A stretch of 64,000 nt of DNA from Candidatus Latescibacterota bacterium (GCA_965219385.1 CBDCNM010000002.1:1296936-1360935), one strand, 5' to 3'; positions 42,338 through 53,663 are shown, counted from the stretch's first letter. Numbers and translations: made by a program. Notes: generated by a model from the letters alone, not told the origin.

Positions 42338-43030
42338 TCACTTCACGTCCTTGAATCTGTAGAGAGGGCGTGGAGCATTTCTATTTAGGTCGATTCCAGG
42401 AGCCCCAACGGACTCCCAACCAGAGGTGCAGACTGGCACTCTCACGTCTGTTGGCGGTTCCCATTCGGGCCAAGGATCACAGAACGGCAACTCCCCGGAC
42501 TCCATGGCCTGAATTGCCTTCCGCCCTTCCTTATAGAAGCTCTCCGTTTCCTCTGGCAGGTATACGCCTGTCTCCAGTCGGTCTGATATTCCCACCTCAT
42601 CCTTCCAGTGCCACGTGAAATCTGGTCGTACAATGACATCGAGGGCATTGTCAGTCGTATCGAATCCAATCTCAGTTCGCTGAAACGACGACTCAAGGTC
42701 GATCTTCCACCCCTTGAATCTCCCATCGGGCCAATTGAAATGATCCTCGTAGTATGAGGGGACACCTGTCCCAGCATCAAAGAACAGCAGGACGGCGTGA
42801 GCTCGCCCAGGAAACATGAACCGCAGTACGTTCATCCTGCTTGTCCAGGGGTTCAACCGCGCTCGGGCAAGTCGATCGAAACGTTCGACAATAGTGCCCG
42901 CCGGCTGGCACAGAATCACAAGATCACTCTTATCGCAGATCACAACGTGTGGGCGGCCCCACGAAATCCAATCGTGGTGGCCCACATAACGGTGAATAAC
43001 CAGGTCATTTGGTTGCCAATGATCACACAT
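42338..43030 (-). CDS. First cassette: DUF402-family protein
   Basis: GWKIDLE.....GFDTTDNALDVIVRPD..W.WKDE. Confidence 0.75.
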   Translation of the reverse strand: MCDHWQPNDLVIHRYVGHHDWISWGRPHVVICDKSDLVILCQPAGTIVERFDRLARARLNPWTSRMNVLRFMFPGRAHAVLLFFDAGTGVPSYYEDHFNWPDGRFKGWKIDLESSFQRTEIGFDTTDNALDVIVRPDFTWHWKDEVGISDRLETGVYLPEETESFYKEGRKAIQAMESGELPFCDPWPEWEPPTDVRVPVCTSGWESVGAPGIDLNRNAPRPLYRFKDVK

Positions 43031-43092
43031 GATCCGATCCTACGTGATATTCACAGAATTTGGCATCGCCTGGTTATCGTGTTTTTGGGCAA

Positions 43093-43132
43093 TAGCAGGT
43101 AACTGCTTGTACCCGAACAATTGGTTCGGGTA
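43093..43132 (-). other. attI-like site (core TAAC 43100-43103) with adjacent palindrome
   Basis: T-AGCAGG-TAAC complements the right flank of site s (11/13) but has no attC body; overlaps TACCCGAAC-AATTG-GTTCGGGTA. Confidence 0.78.
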
Positions 43133-43162
43133 ATGGCCGCTACGTGTCACTTATCTGAAACA

Positions 43163-43191
43163 AAGGTACGTATTTGTGTAAACAGTCGCAA
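43163..43191 (-). promoter_or_regulatory. Candidate cassette promoter (Pc-like)
   Basis: TTGCGA-N17-TACCTT on the minus strand, ~60 bp upstream of attI and facing the array. Confidence 0.4.
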
Positions 43192-43287
43192 CCAATACCG
43201 CGAGGCTGGGATATCCTGCGTAATCCTTTGCGGCAGTTTGAGATAGCACGGTTCTCCTGAGGTCAGCGCACCTGGCATGAATTTTTC

Positions 43288-43319
43288 TGGTAAGGGATAC
43301 ACTGTGGTAAGGGATACAC
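43288..43319. repeat. Direct repeat TGGTAAGGGATACAC x2 (17-bp period) upstream of the recombinase
   Basis: Identical copies at 43288-43302 and 43305-43319. Confidence 0.85.
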
Positions 43320-43344
43320 CTGTTTGCTTGGGAGAAAATGCGCC

Positions 43345-44231
43345 ATGCGGCGATATCGAAGACACCCGGATCTGACGAATGATGAGCTGATTACCCTCAA
43401 CCGGGTCGAGTCGGAGCTGAAGCTGAGGGGGTACGCCAGGAAAACGCAGAAATCCTACATGGGATGCTGCCGCCGTTTCCTGCAATGGAAACGGCGCTAT
43501 CGCGGTGACCGGCAGGCCGAAGTGAGATCGCATCTGGAGGAGCTCGTCGACCAGGGCGTGAGCCGCTCCGCCTTCAACATCGCATACAGTGCTCTGCGCT
43601 TTCTCTACGGGGAAGTCCTGAAGCAGCCGGCCCCCCTAAAAGGACTGCGAAGGCCACGGGGCGGCCGGCCGCTGCCGGTGATTCTGGGCCAGCGGGAAGT
43701 GCTGCGGCTGCTCGATGCGCTCGGCAATCCGAAACACCGGGTCCTCTTTGCCCTGCTGTATGCCGGGGGGCTGCGAGTGGGCGAGGTCGTGCGTCTCAAG
43801 GTGAGCGACATCGACAGCGAACGCATGTTGATCCGGGTGCAACAAGGCAAGGGGCGAAAGGATCGGTATACCTTGCTTCCCAAGGCGATTCTGGAGGATC
43901 TTCGGTCCTACTGGAAGGCGTACCGGCCGTCGACGTGGCTGTTCCCCGGGGCGCGGGCCGGCCGGCATCTCACGGAACGGACTGTGCAGAAGGTGTTCTC
44001 CCGGGCTGTGGCCGCTGCGGGCATCCGGAAGCGGGTAACGGTCCACACGCTGAGACACAGCTTTGCAACGCACCTGCTGGAGGGGGGCACCGATCTCGCT
44101 ACATACAGGAACTCCTCGGGCACACGAGCTCGAGATCGACGGAAATCTACACGCATGTGAGGCGGAAGGATCTCGTGCGGATCAAGAGTCCACTCGACGC
44201 GTTGTTGGACCACACCGGTCGATCTGGTTAG
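43345..44231 (+). pseudogene. Integron-integrase-like tyrosine recombinase lacking the IntI I2 insertion; 1-nt frameshift at ~44097
   Basis: SAM_4-like N-terminus, LP.IL, LLYAGGLR, GKGRKDR, HTLRHSFATHLLE; RYIQELLGH...TEIYTHV...SPLD lies in another frame ending 44231. Confidence 0.88.
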
Positions 44232-44402
44232 ATTGGACACACTCTTCACCCTTTTCAAGACAATTAGGCAACGTACGGCGTCTAATCCGCCCAAAATAAG
44301 AGGTGTTGGAAGCATCGCAAGCGGTATAGACACTCCCGTCTCCGAATTGTATGTTCTTTAGGATGAATGCGCCCAATGAGATTCAACCCAGGAGTGTCTA
44401 TT

Positions 44403-45986
44403 ATGCTGGTGGGTTACGTCAGTGATGAACGCTATATCGCCCTTGCGGATGTGGCGCTGGAATTCAAGAATGAAACGGGAGTGACACAGGCTCGATCCAG
44501 CGCCTCCGGTGCGGTTTACGCCGAGTTGGAACCGGGCCCCTACCAGGTGATTCTGGCAAAGGATGGATTTGGTTCCAAGATCGTGCAGATGGAGGTGAAG
44601 GAGGACGAGCCCTATCAGTTTCGGCTCCTATCAGACTGTTTGCTGGGATATATGTGGCCGAAGTGTTTGAGAGCCGGCGAGGAGGCGGAGTTCCGGGTGC
44701 ACGCCCATGAGGCGTTTAAACTGGAACTGTGGCGCTATGGACTCGAGAAGGAATTGATAAAACCCATCGGCTGGTACGATGAACACGGGCCCAGGGCAAC
44801 GCTACAGATCAGCCCGGATGGAGATTATTGTCAAACCGGAGTCCAGTGGAACAAATTTGGCTATTCAAGCCCGCACCACAAGCAGTTCGTCGAAGCGCCT
44901 GAGCGTTCGGGTTTGTACTATTTACACGCAAAGACGGAATCCGGTCTGTTCTTCTCGTTTCCCTGGGTGGTCGCCCCTGGTGCACCGAGCGCCGGTATCG
45001 CCGTGCTCGCTTCGAATATAAACTGGAGTTGCTACAACAATTTTGGGGGCCGCAGCAATTACATTCACCCCGATCGAATGCCGCCCACACCCACGATCAA
45101 TGCCCGTCTGGAGCTGAAGCGCTACACCGACCCCGAACACATCAATTACGACGCTGATGAGTATTTGCCTCTATCCTTCGACCGGCCCGAACCCATAAAC
45201 CACGTTCCCGAAGAGGTAGAGGTGACCGACCCGATCGAGGGCCGGGCGCCCAACCACATTGCCCCGGCCGAGTGGCGGCTTCTGGGATGGTTGGAACGCG
45301 AGGGGTTTTCTTATGATTTGTGGTCCGAGACGCAGCTGCATTTGGGCGATCTCAAACTGGACGACTACAAACTACTGATCCTGGGCCCTCATCCCGAGTA
45401 CTGGTCCAGCAAGATGTATTACGAGCTCAAAGACTGGGTGTTCAACCGGGGCGGCCGGCTGCTGTACCTGGGTGGCAATGGCCTGAATTGCGAGGTGGAG
45501 TTCCTCGACGAGGCGACGATGGTGGTACACAATGGCAATCGCCAGCAGCAGCGGGACAAAGGTTTCGAGAGCCGTTTTCACATGCGGCAAGAATCCGAGG
45601 CCAACCTGCTGGGGGTGGTCTTTACGGAATCCGGCATTATGACGGCCGCACCCTACAAGGTAAAAGATGCCGACCACTGGGCGTTTGTGGGCACTGGTTT
45701 GAGGAAGGGGGATTTGTTCGGTAGCGAGTGTCTGCACATGCGCATACCCGGTGGCGCCTCCGGTCATGAGACCGACAAGATTTCGGCGGAATTTTCACCC
45801 GGGAACCTGCAGCTGCTGGCCAAGGGAACCAATGCCGACGAAGGGGGTGCAGAGATGGTGGTGCACGAGCCAGGTGGGGGAGGTGCTGTTTTTTCCACGG
45901 GGTCCATCACCTACATCAGCTCACTCCTGGTTAGCGATGAGGTCTCGAGGGTGACCGCAAATGTGGTGCGCAGATTCCTGACCTGA
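44403..45986 (+). CDS. N,N-dimethylformamidase large-subunit-like protein
   Basis: YNNFGGRSNY, LSFDRP, HPEYWS, YLGGNG, GHETDK, GAVFSTGSI. Confidence 0.75.
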   Translation: MLVGYVSDERYIALADVALEFKNETGVTQARSSASGAVYAELEPGPYQVILAKDGFGSKIVQMEVKEDEPYQFRLLSDCLLGYMWPKCLRAGEEAEFRVHAHEAFKLELWRYGLEKELIKPIGWYDEHGPRATLQISPDGDYCQTGVQWNKFGYSSPHHKQFVEAPERSGLYYLHAKTESGLFFSFPWVVAPGAPSAGIAVLASNINWSCYNNFGGRSNYIHPDRMPPTPTINARLELKRYTDPEHINYDADEYLPLSFDRPEPINHVPEEVEVTDPIEGRAPNHIAPAEWRLLGWLEREGFSYDLWSETQLHLGDLKLDDYKLLILGPHPEYWSSKMYYELKDWVFNRGGRLLYLGGNGLNCEVEFLDEATMVVHNGNRQQQRDKGFESRFHMRQESEANLLGVVFTESGIMTAAPYKVKDADHWAFVGTGLRKGDLFGSECLHMRIPGGASGHETDKISAEFSPGNLQLLAKGTNADEGGAEMVVHEPGGGGAVFSTGSITYISSLLVSDEVSRVTANVVRRFLT

Positions 45987-46007
45987 TGAGAGGGCAGGAG
46001 GTGTAGA

Positions 46008-46439
46008 TCAAGTGCGCTCCGCGACCACGGCCAGTATCTGTGCTTCAGCCGCCAGCTCTTCTCCGACCCAGGCTTTGCCCGCCAGCTTGCACGAAGTGCC
46101 GCGCTGTTTGAGGACCGTCAATTCCAGGCGCAACTGATCTCCGGGAACCACCGGTCTTCTGAACCTCGCCCCATCAATCCCGGCAAAAAGCGGTACTTTA
46201 GTAGCAGGATCCTCCACCCCTTCGAGCATCATCACAGCACCGGCCTGGGCCAGCGCTTCCAAAATCAGCACGCCCGGCATAACTGGATAATCTGGAAAAT
46301 GTCCCTGAAAAAAAGGCTCATTGGCCGTCACGTTTTTGATCCCTACAATGCGCTGACCGGGCACCAGCTCCAGGACGCGATCCAGAAGAAGAAAGGGATA
46401 GCGGTGGGGCAGCCGGGTTTTAATGGCTTTTAGATCCAT
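46008..46439 (-). CDS. fabZ: 3-hydroxyacyl-ACP dehydratase
   Basis: [34 protein letters not shown]. Confidence 0.96.
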   Translation of the reverse strand: MDLKAIKTRLPHRYPFLLLDRVLELVPGQRIVGIKNVTANEPFFQGHFPDYPVMPGVLILEALAQAGAVMMLEGVEDPATKVPLFAGIDGARFRRPVVPGDQLRLELTVLKQRGTSCKLAGKAWVGEELAAEAQILAVVAERT

Positions 46440-46462
46440 GGATCCAGAACTCTCCACGCCGA

Positions 46463-47023
46463 TTATCTCCTTTTCCCGGCTTCCTCGCTTTCTTCTTTCA
46501 GACGCTTCAACAACTTGTCCGTCAGATCATGTCGTTCATCGGCGTAGACAATGGCGCCACTTCCTGCAACGTCGAAGATAAAATCATAGCCATCTTCCTC
46601 TGCTATGGCCTTCAGCGCCGCATTGATCTTCTCGAAAATGGGCTCCGAGAGCTGAATATTTTTCTTCATCAATTCACCCTCGGGGCCAAATTTTTGCTTG
46701 CGGAATTCATCCAGTCCCATGACCTGCTGTTCGAACTCTTTCTGAAGCTGGGCCTTGCGGACTTCGCTCATGAGGAGTTCCTGCTTGAGGAAGTCTTCCT
46801 GGTACTTCAGCAGTTTGCTCTCGCGGTCGCTCACTTCGCGCCTGTACTCCTGCTCCAGCTGTTCGAGCTGACGCCTCACTTGCCTGAGTTCGGGCATTTG
46901 CTCCTTGAGAACTTCCGAATCAATGTACCCCAGTTTCACGTCCGCCAGGACCATTTCAGCCTGGAAGACCAGCCCCAGACAAATTGCCAGGAACAGAACA
47001 GACCGTTTCAAACGGCTTCTCAT
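46463..47023 (-). CDS. skp: OmpH/Skp periplasmic chaperone
   Basis: Signal peptide, KLGYID, coiled coil, GYDFIFD, DLTD; follows bamA. Confidence 0.9.
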   Translation of the reverse strand: MRSRLKRSVLFLAICLGLVFQAEMVLADVKLGYIDSEVLKEQMPELRQVRRQLEQLEQEYRREVSDRESKLLKYQEDFLKQELLMSEVRKAQLQKEFEQQVMGLDEFRKQKFGPEGELMKKNIQLSEPIFEKINAALKAIAEEDGYDFIFDVAGSGAIVYADERHDLTDKLLKRLKEESEEAGKRR

Positions 47024-47036
47024 GGTTTTTCCTTCT

Positions 47037-49361
47037 CTAATAGATCTGTGGACCGAACTGGAAATGGGTGATCCAGCCAGCCGGCTGACCGTCTACCTTC
47101 TCGCGGTCAAAGCCATAACCAAAGTCAAAACCAATCATGCCGAGCATGGGTGCCATGACCCGGAAACCCAGTCCAACCGAGCGCCGCAAATCCCCCACCG
47201 AGCGCTTGGGGCGCAGAGGATTCAGGGCGCTTAAATCGGCCCAGGCATTGCCGGCGTCGGCAAAGAGCAGGCCGTATATCTGCTGTTCGACCACGGGGAA
47301 ACGGTATTCGAGGTTTAATACCATCATCGAGGTTCCACCGTGAGGAAACCCGGTTATCGGCGGTTCCCGGGGCCCGAGCGAGCGATCGGTATAACCGCGC
47401 ACCTGACCATCCCACCAATCCACCCCACCAGGAGAAAACCGGTCCCAGGTGGAAATACTGCGGTCGTCGAAAGCGGAGAATCCATCGATAAACGCAACCT
47501 TGGACTCGGCACTGATGACGAATTTCCACCAACTTGGACGGTAGTAATTGAAGGTCACCTCGTGGCGGTGAAAATCCACGTTGCCGCCCGCCAGAGCGGT
47601 GGCAATTTCCGGCCTGTAGGTAAACAGGGTGCCCCTGCTGGGAAACTGGGGAAAATCCCGGGCATCCCGCTGGTAGTAGAGATTAAAACTGCTGGTGGTG
47701 ACCGGGCGCAAGCGGCTCTCGTCGTATTCCTCGGCAATGTTGGAGTAGTTTACTTCTTCAAGCTTGTAGCCTGCCGAGAGGGAGGAGTACGCCGGTTTTT
47801 TCAAGCGCCGTCCGATCCGCACGTTTATTGAATTTCTCTGAGTATCGTAGAATTTGACCCTCCGACTGCCGTAGTAGTTGTAGTTTTCCAGGCTGAGGAT
47901 GGATACCCGAGACGACAGGCTGGTAGGTGTATTGAGCAGCCAGGGCTCGGTGAAACCAACCACAAACTGTTTGAGCCGGGTACCGAATTCCCACCTAAAA
48001 TCCAGGTGCTGCCCGGTCCCGCGCAGGTTGGGTATCTGCAGACCGAGCTGTCCCTGGAGTCTGTAGCGGTCGCTGTACCCGGCTCCCATCATGGCCTGCC
48101 CCGTGCGCCGTTCCTCCACCTGAAAGATGAGGTCTACGAAACGTTCGTCCGGGTTTGAACTGAACTGGGGCTGGATCTGTACATCCTTGAAGAAGTTCAG
48201 CATGTGGAGGCGCCGCTGGCTTTCCTGGGCCAGACTCTGCTGGTAGATATCTCCGGGCCGCAGCTCCAGTTCCCGACGGATTACGTGCTCGCGCGTCCGG
48301 GTATTGCCCGCGATATTGATCCGCCTGATCTTGGAAGGGTGTCCCTCGAAGATTTGAAAACGCACATCCACAAAATCTCCGCGCAGTTCTTCCTGGGGCA
48401 GTACCTGGATGTCGAGATACCCCTTCTCGTAATAGGCAGATTTGACCAGCCAGGCCAGTTCCTGACCCGAAAACTTGTAGACCTCGCCTTCTTTGACCTC
48501 CAGCTTGTCGGCCAGAATTGCATTGTCGAAAAGGGTATTGCCATCCCAGCCGACCTCGCCCATAAAATACTGGTCGCCTTCATCCATTGCGATATCGATA
48601 AAAAGGTTGTGTTTGCTCTCGTCATAGTACACGCTGTCGCCCACAATAAAGGCCTGCTGATATCCCTTGCTCTTGTAAAAAGCCAGGATTTTTTCCTTGT
48701 CTTCCTGGTAGGTCTCGGCCTTGAACTCGCCCTTGCGCCACCAGCGTTTTTCATTGGTCCCCATCTGTTTTTTTATTTCGCCGGGTTTGAAGGCCTGAGT
48801 ATTCAGGATGCGAATCTGCTTGATTTTGACCTTCTCGCCCTCTTTGATATCGTACTGCAGGAATACCTTGCCTGATTCCTCCGCTTCGAAGCGCTTGCCC
48901 TTGACCTGGGCCCGCAAATAACCCTTGTCTTTGTACAGATCGAGAATCTTTTGCTCACCCCGTGTCACATCTGTAGAAGTGATCAGGACGCCATCGGTCA
49001 GCACCAGCGCCTCTTTCATCTCCTTTTCTTTGAGGTGCTTGTGTCCTTTGAAGCGAATCCCTTCCAGGGCGGGGGCTTCCTCTACTTCGATGATCAATTT
49101 GACCCCCCTCGGCGCCTCGTCAGCATAGATCCGGATATCTTCAAATACACCCAGGTTCCACAGGTCGTGTATGGCCGTCTGGACATTCTCCATGGAGAGT
49201 TCAACGCCGGGCACCAGCCCTATATTAGACAGGATGAGCGAGTCTGCCACCCTCCTCAACTCGCCCTTGACCTCGACCTCCACAACTTCCTGAGCCCTGA
49301 CCGTGCCATGCAGCACCAGGCCGAACACGGCCACCCAGAACAAACCTAGAACATCTCTCAT
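47037..49361 (-). CDS. bamA: Outer-membrane assembly factor BamA
   Basis: POTRA repeats, GNTRT.EHVIRREL, VRGY, bamA-skp-fabZ context. Confidence 0.93.
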   Translation of the reverse strand: MRDVLGLFWVAVFGLVLHGTVRAQEVVEVEVKGELRRVADSLILSNIGLVPGVELSMENVQTAIHDLWNLGVFEDIRIYADEAPRGVKLIIEVEEAPALEGIRFKGHKHLKEKEMKEALVLTDGVLITSTDVTRGEQKILDLYKDKGYLRAQVKGKRFEAEESGKVFLQYDIKEGEKVKIKQIRILNTQAFKPGEIKKQMGTNEKRWWRKGEFKAETYQEDKEKILAFYKSKGYQQAFIVGDSVYYDESKHNLFIDIAMDEGDQYFMGEVGWDGNTLFDNAILADKLEVKEGEVYKFSGQELAWLVKSAYYEKGYLDIQVLPQEELRGDFVDVRFQIFEGHPSKIRRINIAGNTRTREHVIRRELELRPGDIYQQSLAQESQRRLHMLNFFKDVQIQPQFSSNPDERFVDLIFQVEERRTGQAMMGAGYSDRYRLQGQLGLQIPNLRGTGQHLDFRWEFGTRLKQFVVGFTEPWLLNTPTSLSSRVSILSLENYNYYGSRRVKFYDTQRNSINVRIGRRLKKPAYSSLSAGYKLEEVNYSNIAEEYDESRLRPVTTSSFNLYYQRDARDFPQFPSRGTLFTYRPEIATALAGGNVDFHRHEVTFNYYRPSWWKFVISAESKVAFIDGFSAFDDRSISTWDRFSPGGVDWWDGQVRGYTDRSLGPREPPITGFPHGGTSMMVLNLEYRFPVVEQQIYGLLFADAGNAWADLSALNPLRPKRSVGDLRRSVGLGFRVMAPMLGMIGFDFGYGFDREKVDGQPAGWITHFQFGPQIY

Positions 49362-49429
49362 AAAAAACTTCCCTTAGAAGCTGGCCACGCGAAGGCCAGC
49401 GGGGGTTTTGAGACAGCTTCACAAAATCC

Positions 49430-49474
49430 AAAAAACCGCTTTACCTAGCCTGATCCGAGTAGATAAAGCGGTTG
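49430..49474 (-). terminator. Probable intrinsic terminator after clpC
   Basis: AACCGCTTTA/TAAAGCGGTT stem followed by a T-run on the minus strand. Confidence 0.65.
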
Positions 49475-49502
49475 GTATTTCCACCGATTACAGCCAGGCG
49501 TT

Positions 49503-51965
49503 TTATCCAGTAACTTCCTTCTTTTTATCATCCACGACTTCTCTGGCTTCCCGCTCCTCTTCGAAAACCAGAATCTCGCCCTTTTTGGTAACCCGTATGC
49601 GGCTACCTTCTAAAAATCTGCCCTGCAGAATCTCTTCGGCCAGAGGATCCTCGAGGAGTTTCTGAATGGTGCGCTTGAGATAGCGAGCACCATAGGTCTG
49701 ATCAAAACCCTTTTCGGCGAGCAGACTTTTGGCACCCTGGGTAATGCGCACCTGAATATCCCGGTACTCGAGCCGCTCTTTGAATTCCTTTAGTTCGATA
49801 TTGATGATGCTGGCGATCTCTTCCTTGCCCAGTTGGTAAAAAATAATGGTATCGTCAACGCGGTTGAGGAATTCGGGATTGAAGGTCTTTTTCAGAGCAT
49901 CGTTGATCTTGGCCTCCATCAACTCCTGCATGGTCTCTGCATCGGATTTCTGAAAGCCCAGCACCCCACCTGTGCCCACTTCGCGACTGCCGACATTGGA
50001 AGTCATGATCAGCACGGTATTGCGAAAATCCACTTTGCGCCCGGTGCTGTCCGTCAAACGCCCATCGTCGAGGATCTGCAAAAGGATGTTGAAGACATCG
50101 TGGTGGGCCTTTTCTATTTCATCGAGCAGGATCACGGAATAAGGCCGGCGCCTCACCTTCTCGGTAAGTTGTCCCCCTTCGTCAAAACCAACATAGCCCG
50201 GAGGCGCTCCGATCAGGCGTGAAACAGCAAATTTTTCCATGTACTCGGACATATCGACGGTGACCAGAGCCTCTTCATCGTCGAAGAGGAACTGGGCGAG
50301 TTTCGCCGCCAGGTAGGTCTTCCCCACACCCGTCGGACCCAGAAAGATAAAGGATCCGATAGGCCGTTTGGGATCCTGCAGCCCGGCCCGACTGCGGCGA
50401 ATAGCGCGCGAGATGGACGCAATCGCCTTTTCCTGACCCACCACGCTCTTGCTGAGTTCCCCTTCCATACTCAGCAGACGATCGGTCTCGCTCTTGGCCA
50501 GACGCATGACCGGAATTCCCGTCATACCGGAGATGACTTCGGCGATATCATCTTCATCCACTTCTACCATCTCGTCGCGCACTTCTTCTTCCCAGGCCTT
50601 TCGTTTTTGATGCAGCTTTTCTCCCAAGCTGGTGGCTTCGTCTCGCAGACGGGCTGCTTCCTCGAAATCCTGTTTCTTGGCTGCCTCATTCTTCTTGCGA
50701 TTGATCTCTTGAATCTCGGATTCCAGCTTGCCGATCTCTTCAGGAGGGCTCAAACGGGCCAGGTGGACCCTGGAACCGGTCTCGTCGATTACATCAATGG
50801 CTTTGTCGGGCAAATAGCGATCGCTGATATAGCGATCCGCCTGACGGACGGCAAATGCCACCACCTCATCTGCGAACTTGACGTGATGATGGCTCTCGTA
50901 GCTGGAACGCAACCCCTTCACAATTTCGATGGTATCTTCCACCGAGGGTGGATCCACCATAATGGACTGGAAACGCCGTTCCAGGGCTCCATCTTTTTCG
51001 ATGTACTTGCGGTACTCGTCCAGGGTAGTGGCGCCAATACACTGAAGTTCGCCCCGGGAAAGGGCTGGTTTGAACATATTGGATGCATCCAGAGTCCCCT
51101 CGGCACTGCCGGCGCCTACGATGGTATGGAGCTCGTCGATGAAGATGATGACATCGGGATTTTGCTGGAGTTCGTTCATCACGGCCTTGATCCGCTCTTC
51201 GAACTGCCCGCGGTACTTGGTGCCGGCCACCACCCCACCCATATCCAGGGTTACCAGACGCCGATCCGTCAAAATCTGCGGCACCCGCTTTTCGATAATG
51301 CACTGGGCCAGACCTTCGACGATGGCGGTTTTGCCCACCCCGGGATCGCCGATCAGGATCGGGTTGTTCTTCTTGCGGCGGCTGAGTATCTGGGTTACCC
51401 GCTCAATCTCCTTCTGACGTCCGATCACCGGATCCAGCTTGCCTTCGCGAGCCAACTGCGTCAGATCGCGACCGAAGTGGTCCAGGAAAGGGGTCTTGCT
51501 TTTCTTTCCCTTCTCCTTGCGGCCGGTGGATTTGCCCTCCAGTACCGCCAGGGTCTCATCCAAGGCGGTCTTGTAGTCCACCCCGAAAGAGGCGAGGATC
51601 TGAGCAGCCACTCCCTCCTTGTCTCTCAACAAAGCCAGCAATAGATGCTCGATATCCACGGACTGGGTTTTCATTTCTTTGGCTTCATCGGCCGCCACTT
51701 CAAGGATATGCTTGGCACGCGTCGTAAAGGGCACCTCGCCAATGGTCATGGTGCCGCCAGAAGTAGCCACAGAGTCCTCTATGGACTGTCTGACGGTTTC
51801 CAGGTTCAGGCCCAGATTGGTCAGAATGGTAACCGCCTTGCCTTTGGCGTCTTTGATAATACCCAGCAACAGGTGTTCCGTCCCGATGCAGTTATGCCCC
51901 AGACGTGCCGACTCTTCACGAGCCAGCTGCATTACCCGTTTAACCCCATCTGTAAAGCTATGCAT
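49503..51965 (-). CDS. clpC: ATP-dependent Clp protease ATP-binding subunit ClpC
   Basis: Clp-N repeats, two Walker A motifs ([16 protein letters not shown]), UVR middle domain. Confidence 0.96.
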   Translation of the reverse strand: MHSFTDGVKRVMQLAREESARLGHNCIGTEHLLLGIIKDAKGKAVTILTNLGLNLETVRQSIEDSVATSGGTMTIGEVPFTTRAKHILEVAADEAKEMKTQSVDIEHLLLALLRDKEGVAAQILASFGVDYKTALDETLAVLEGKSTGRKEKGKKSKTPFLDHFGRDLTQLAREGKLDPVIGRQKEIERVTQILSRRKKNNPILIGDPGVGKTAIVEGLAQCIIEKRVPQILTDRRLVTLDMGGVVAGTKYRGQFEERIKAVMNELQQNPDVIIFIDELHTIVGAGSAEGTLDASNMFKPALSRGELQCIGATTLDEYRKYIEKDGALERRFQSIMVDPPSVEDTIEIVKGLRSSYESHHHVKFADEVVAFAVRQADRYISDRYLPDKAIDVIDETGSRVHLARLSPPEEIGKLESEIQEINRKKNEAAKKQDFEEAARLRDEATSLGEKLHQKRKAWEEEVRDEMVEVDEDDIAEVISGMTGIPVMRLAKSETDRLLSMEGELSKSVVGQEKAIASISRAIRRSRAGLQDPKRPIGSFIFLGPTGVGKTYLAAKLAQFLFDDEEALVTVDMSEYMEKFAVSRLIGAPPGYVGFDEGGQLTEKVRRRPYSVILLDEIEKAHHDVFNILLQILDDGRLTDSTGRKVDFRNTVLIMTSNVGSREVGTGGVLGFQKSDAETMQELMEAKINDALKKTFNPEFLNRVDDTIIFYQLGKEEIASIINIELKEFKERLEYRDIQVRITQGAKSLLAEKGFDQTYGARYLKRTIQKLLEDPLAEEILQGRFLEGSRIRVTKKGEILVFEEEREAREVVDDKKKEVTG

Positions 51966-52075
51966 GTTATAATCCTCCTAAGCCCTATCGACGCCTGCAG
52001 GCAGACTATAATTCACCAAGGAAAAAAATTCCAACCTCTCTGGTTTTTTGAAACTACCAAAACCGCTCAATCTTG

Positions 52076-53155
52076 TCAAGGCAAATCCCCCTGTCCTTGT
52101 GAGGTCTGTTCGGCCATGCGCTGGCGTACCAAGCTTGCCCGTCTCACATCTCGTTCTTCGGGTTTCAGAATCTGTCCCGTCTCAACCCGCAAATGAGAAG
52201 GTTGAGTGATGATCATCAAGTGATTCATAAAACTCGAAGACACATTTTTGATCATTGACAGAGTATATCCCAGCCGCACAGCCGAAAGGAGATTCATAAA
52301 TTCCCGACTGCTCAGGACACGGGCATTGGCTAGAAGGGCATAAGCCCGCCAGACCTTGTCTTCTACTTGAGAACGCGCATCCACCAGCAAAGTTTCCTGA
52401 GCGTTCCGCTCGCACTCAATGAGTTCCCTAGTCAGGCGGGTCAAATCCCGGACAATCTCCTCTTCCGAGCGCCCTAAAGTGGTCTGATTGGATATCTGGA
52501 ACAGGTTTCCCGCAGCATTTGTTCCCTCGCCATAAAAACCCCGCACCGTGAACGACATCTGCGTCAATCCGCGCAGCACGCGCTCCATGTCCTCGGTCAG
52601 CACCAGGGCGGGCAGATGAATCAGCACGGACAACCGCAACCCCGTACCCGTATTGGTCGGACAGGCGGTCAGGAAACCCCATTTTTCAGCGTGGGCATAG
52701 TCCAGACCGGCCCCTATTTCATCGTCCAGGGCATTGACTTGGGCCCAGGCTTCCTCGGCTCTCAAACCGGGCAGGATAGCCTGAAGTCGCAGGTGATCTT
52801 CCTCGTTGATCATCACGCTGAGCAATTCATCCTGATTGAACAATACTCCTTGCTGGCCTTTGCTTTCCGCCAGCGCCGGACTGATCAAGTGACGCTCTAC
52901 CAGCAGGCGACGTTCATCGGTCTCCAGTGCATTCATCTTGAAGAAGACCGCATTGTGCATATGGATGCTGCGCTGGGCAGCCGTCAATACTTGCTCGATG
53001 ACCTTTTCCTGATCCTCCTCGGTCACTTTGTGAGCAAAGGGACAGGAGGACAGATTGCGGGCCAATCGGGTGCGACAGCTTATAACCATCCCCTCGACAT
53101 CGTCCGCCCCACTCAACCAGTGGGCTGAATTGTGCACCAGGTCCTTCAGATTCAT
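52076..53155 (-). CDS. mcsB: Protein arginine kinase
   Basis: RLARN, LVERHLIS, NEEDHLRLQ, LTACPTNTGTGLR, FQISNQ.TLG. Confidence 0.95.
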   Translation of the reverse strand: MNLKDLVHNSAHWLSGADDVEGMVISCRTRLARNLSSCPFAHKVTEEDQEKVIEQVLTAAQRSIHMHNAVFFKMNALETDERRLLVERHLISPALAESKGQQGVLFNQDELLSVMINEEDHLRLQAILPGLRAEEAWAQVNALDDEIGAGLDYAHAEKWGFLTACPTNTGTGLRLSVLIHLPALVLTEDMERVLRGLTQMSFTVRGFYGEGTNAAGNLFQISNQTTLGRSEEEIVRDLTRLTRELIECERNAQETLLVDARSQVEDKVWRAYALLANARVLSSREFMNLLSAVRLGYTLSMIKNVSSSFMNHLMIITQPSHLRVETGQILKPEERDVRRASLVRQRMAEQTSQGQGDLP

Positions 53156-53162
53156 CTCGGCT

Positions 53163-53663
53163 TTAATCGGCAGTGGCCTTTTTTTCGAGTTGAATGACGC
53201 GGTCTCGAAGTTGTGCGGCCCGCTCGAAAGCTTCTTCGGCAACCGCCGTTTCGATATCTTGACGCAACTGTGCGATTTCTTCAGCCGGCAGCAACAACTC
53301 CCGCGGTTCGATCCGCCCCTTGCCCTGGTGACGGACAGAGCCGTGAATCCGTTTCAATAGCCGTTCCAGTTGTTCCTCGAAGGCGGTATAGCACCCTTTA
53401 CAGCCGAATCGGCCCGCTTTCCTGAACTCTTCGTAGGTCATGCCGCACTCCGCGCATTGAGCACTTGAAGCTTCCTCCGCCGCGGCGAGATTCAGTTCCA
53501 CAACCACCTTTTTGCCCGACATGGCAGGTCCCGCTCCCTTTGTTGGGGTATCCTCATCCTTGGAGGCGCAAAAGCTACACAAATGCACGGTTTTCTTCTT
53601 ATTCTCCACGATGTGAGTATAGCTGATAGTGGCTTCGTATTTATGGCACGATTCGCAAATCAT
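53163..53663 (-). CDS. mcsA: McsA (CxxC motifs plus UVR domain)
   Basis: CESC, LCSFC, CAECG, GRFGCKGCY, FERAAQLRD. Confidence 0.93.
   Translation of the reverse strand: MICESCHKYEATISYTHIVENKKKTVHLCSFCASKDEDTPTKGAGPAMSGKKVVVELNLAAAEEASSAQCAECGMTYEEFRKAGRFGCKGCYTAFEEQLERLLKRIHGSVRHQGKGRIEPRELLLPAEEIAQLRQDIETAVAEEAFERAAQLRDRVIQLEKKATAD

Noticed and set aside
44082..44087. Phase variation at the G6 run as cause of the recombinase frameshift
   Set aside because: Adding a G gives GGHRSRY rather than the conserved GTDLRY; the lesion fits a lost C at ~44097.
43345..44231. IS91-associated recombinase or XerC/D
   Set aside because: Similar motifs, but no adjacent Y2 transposase, and it lies divergent from a matching attI-like site; a phylogenetic link remains possible.
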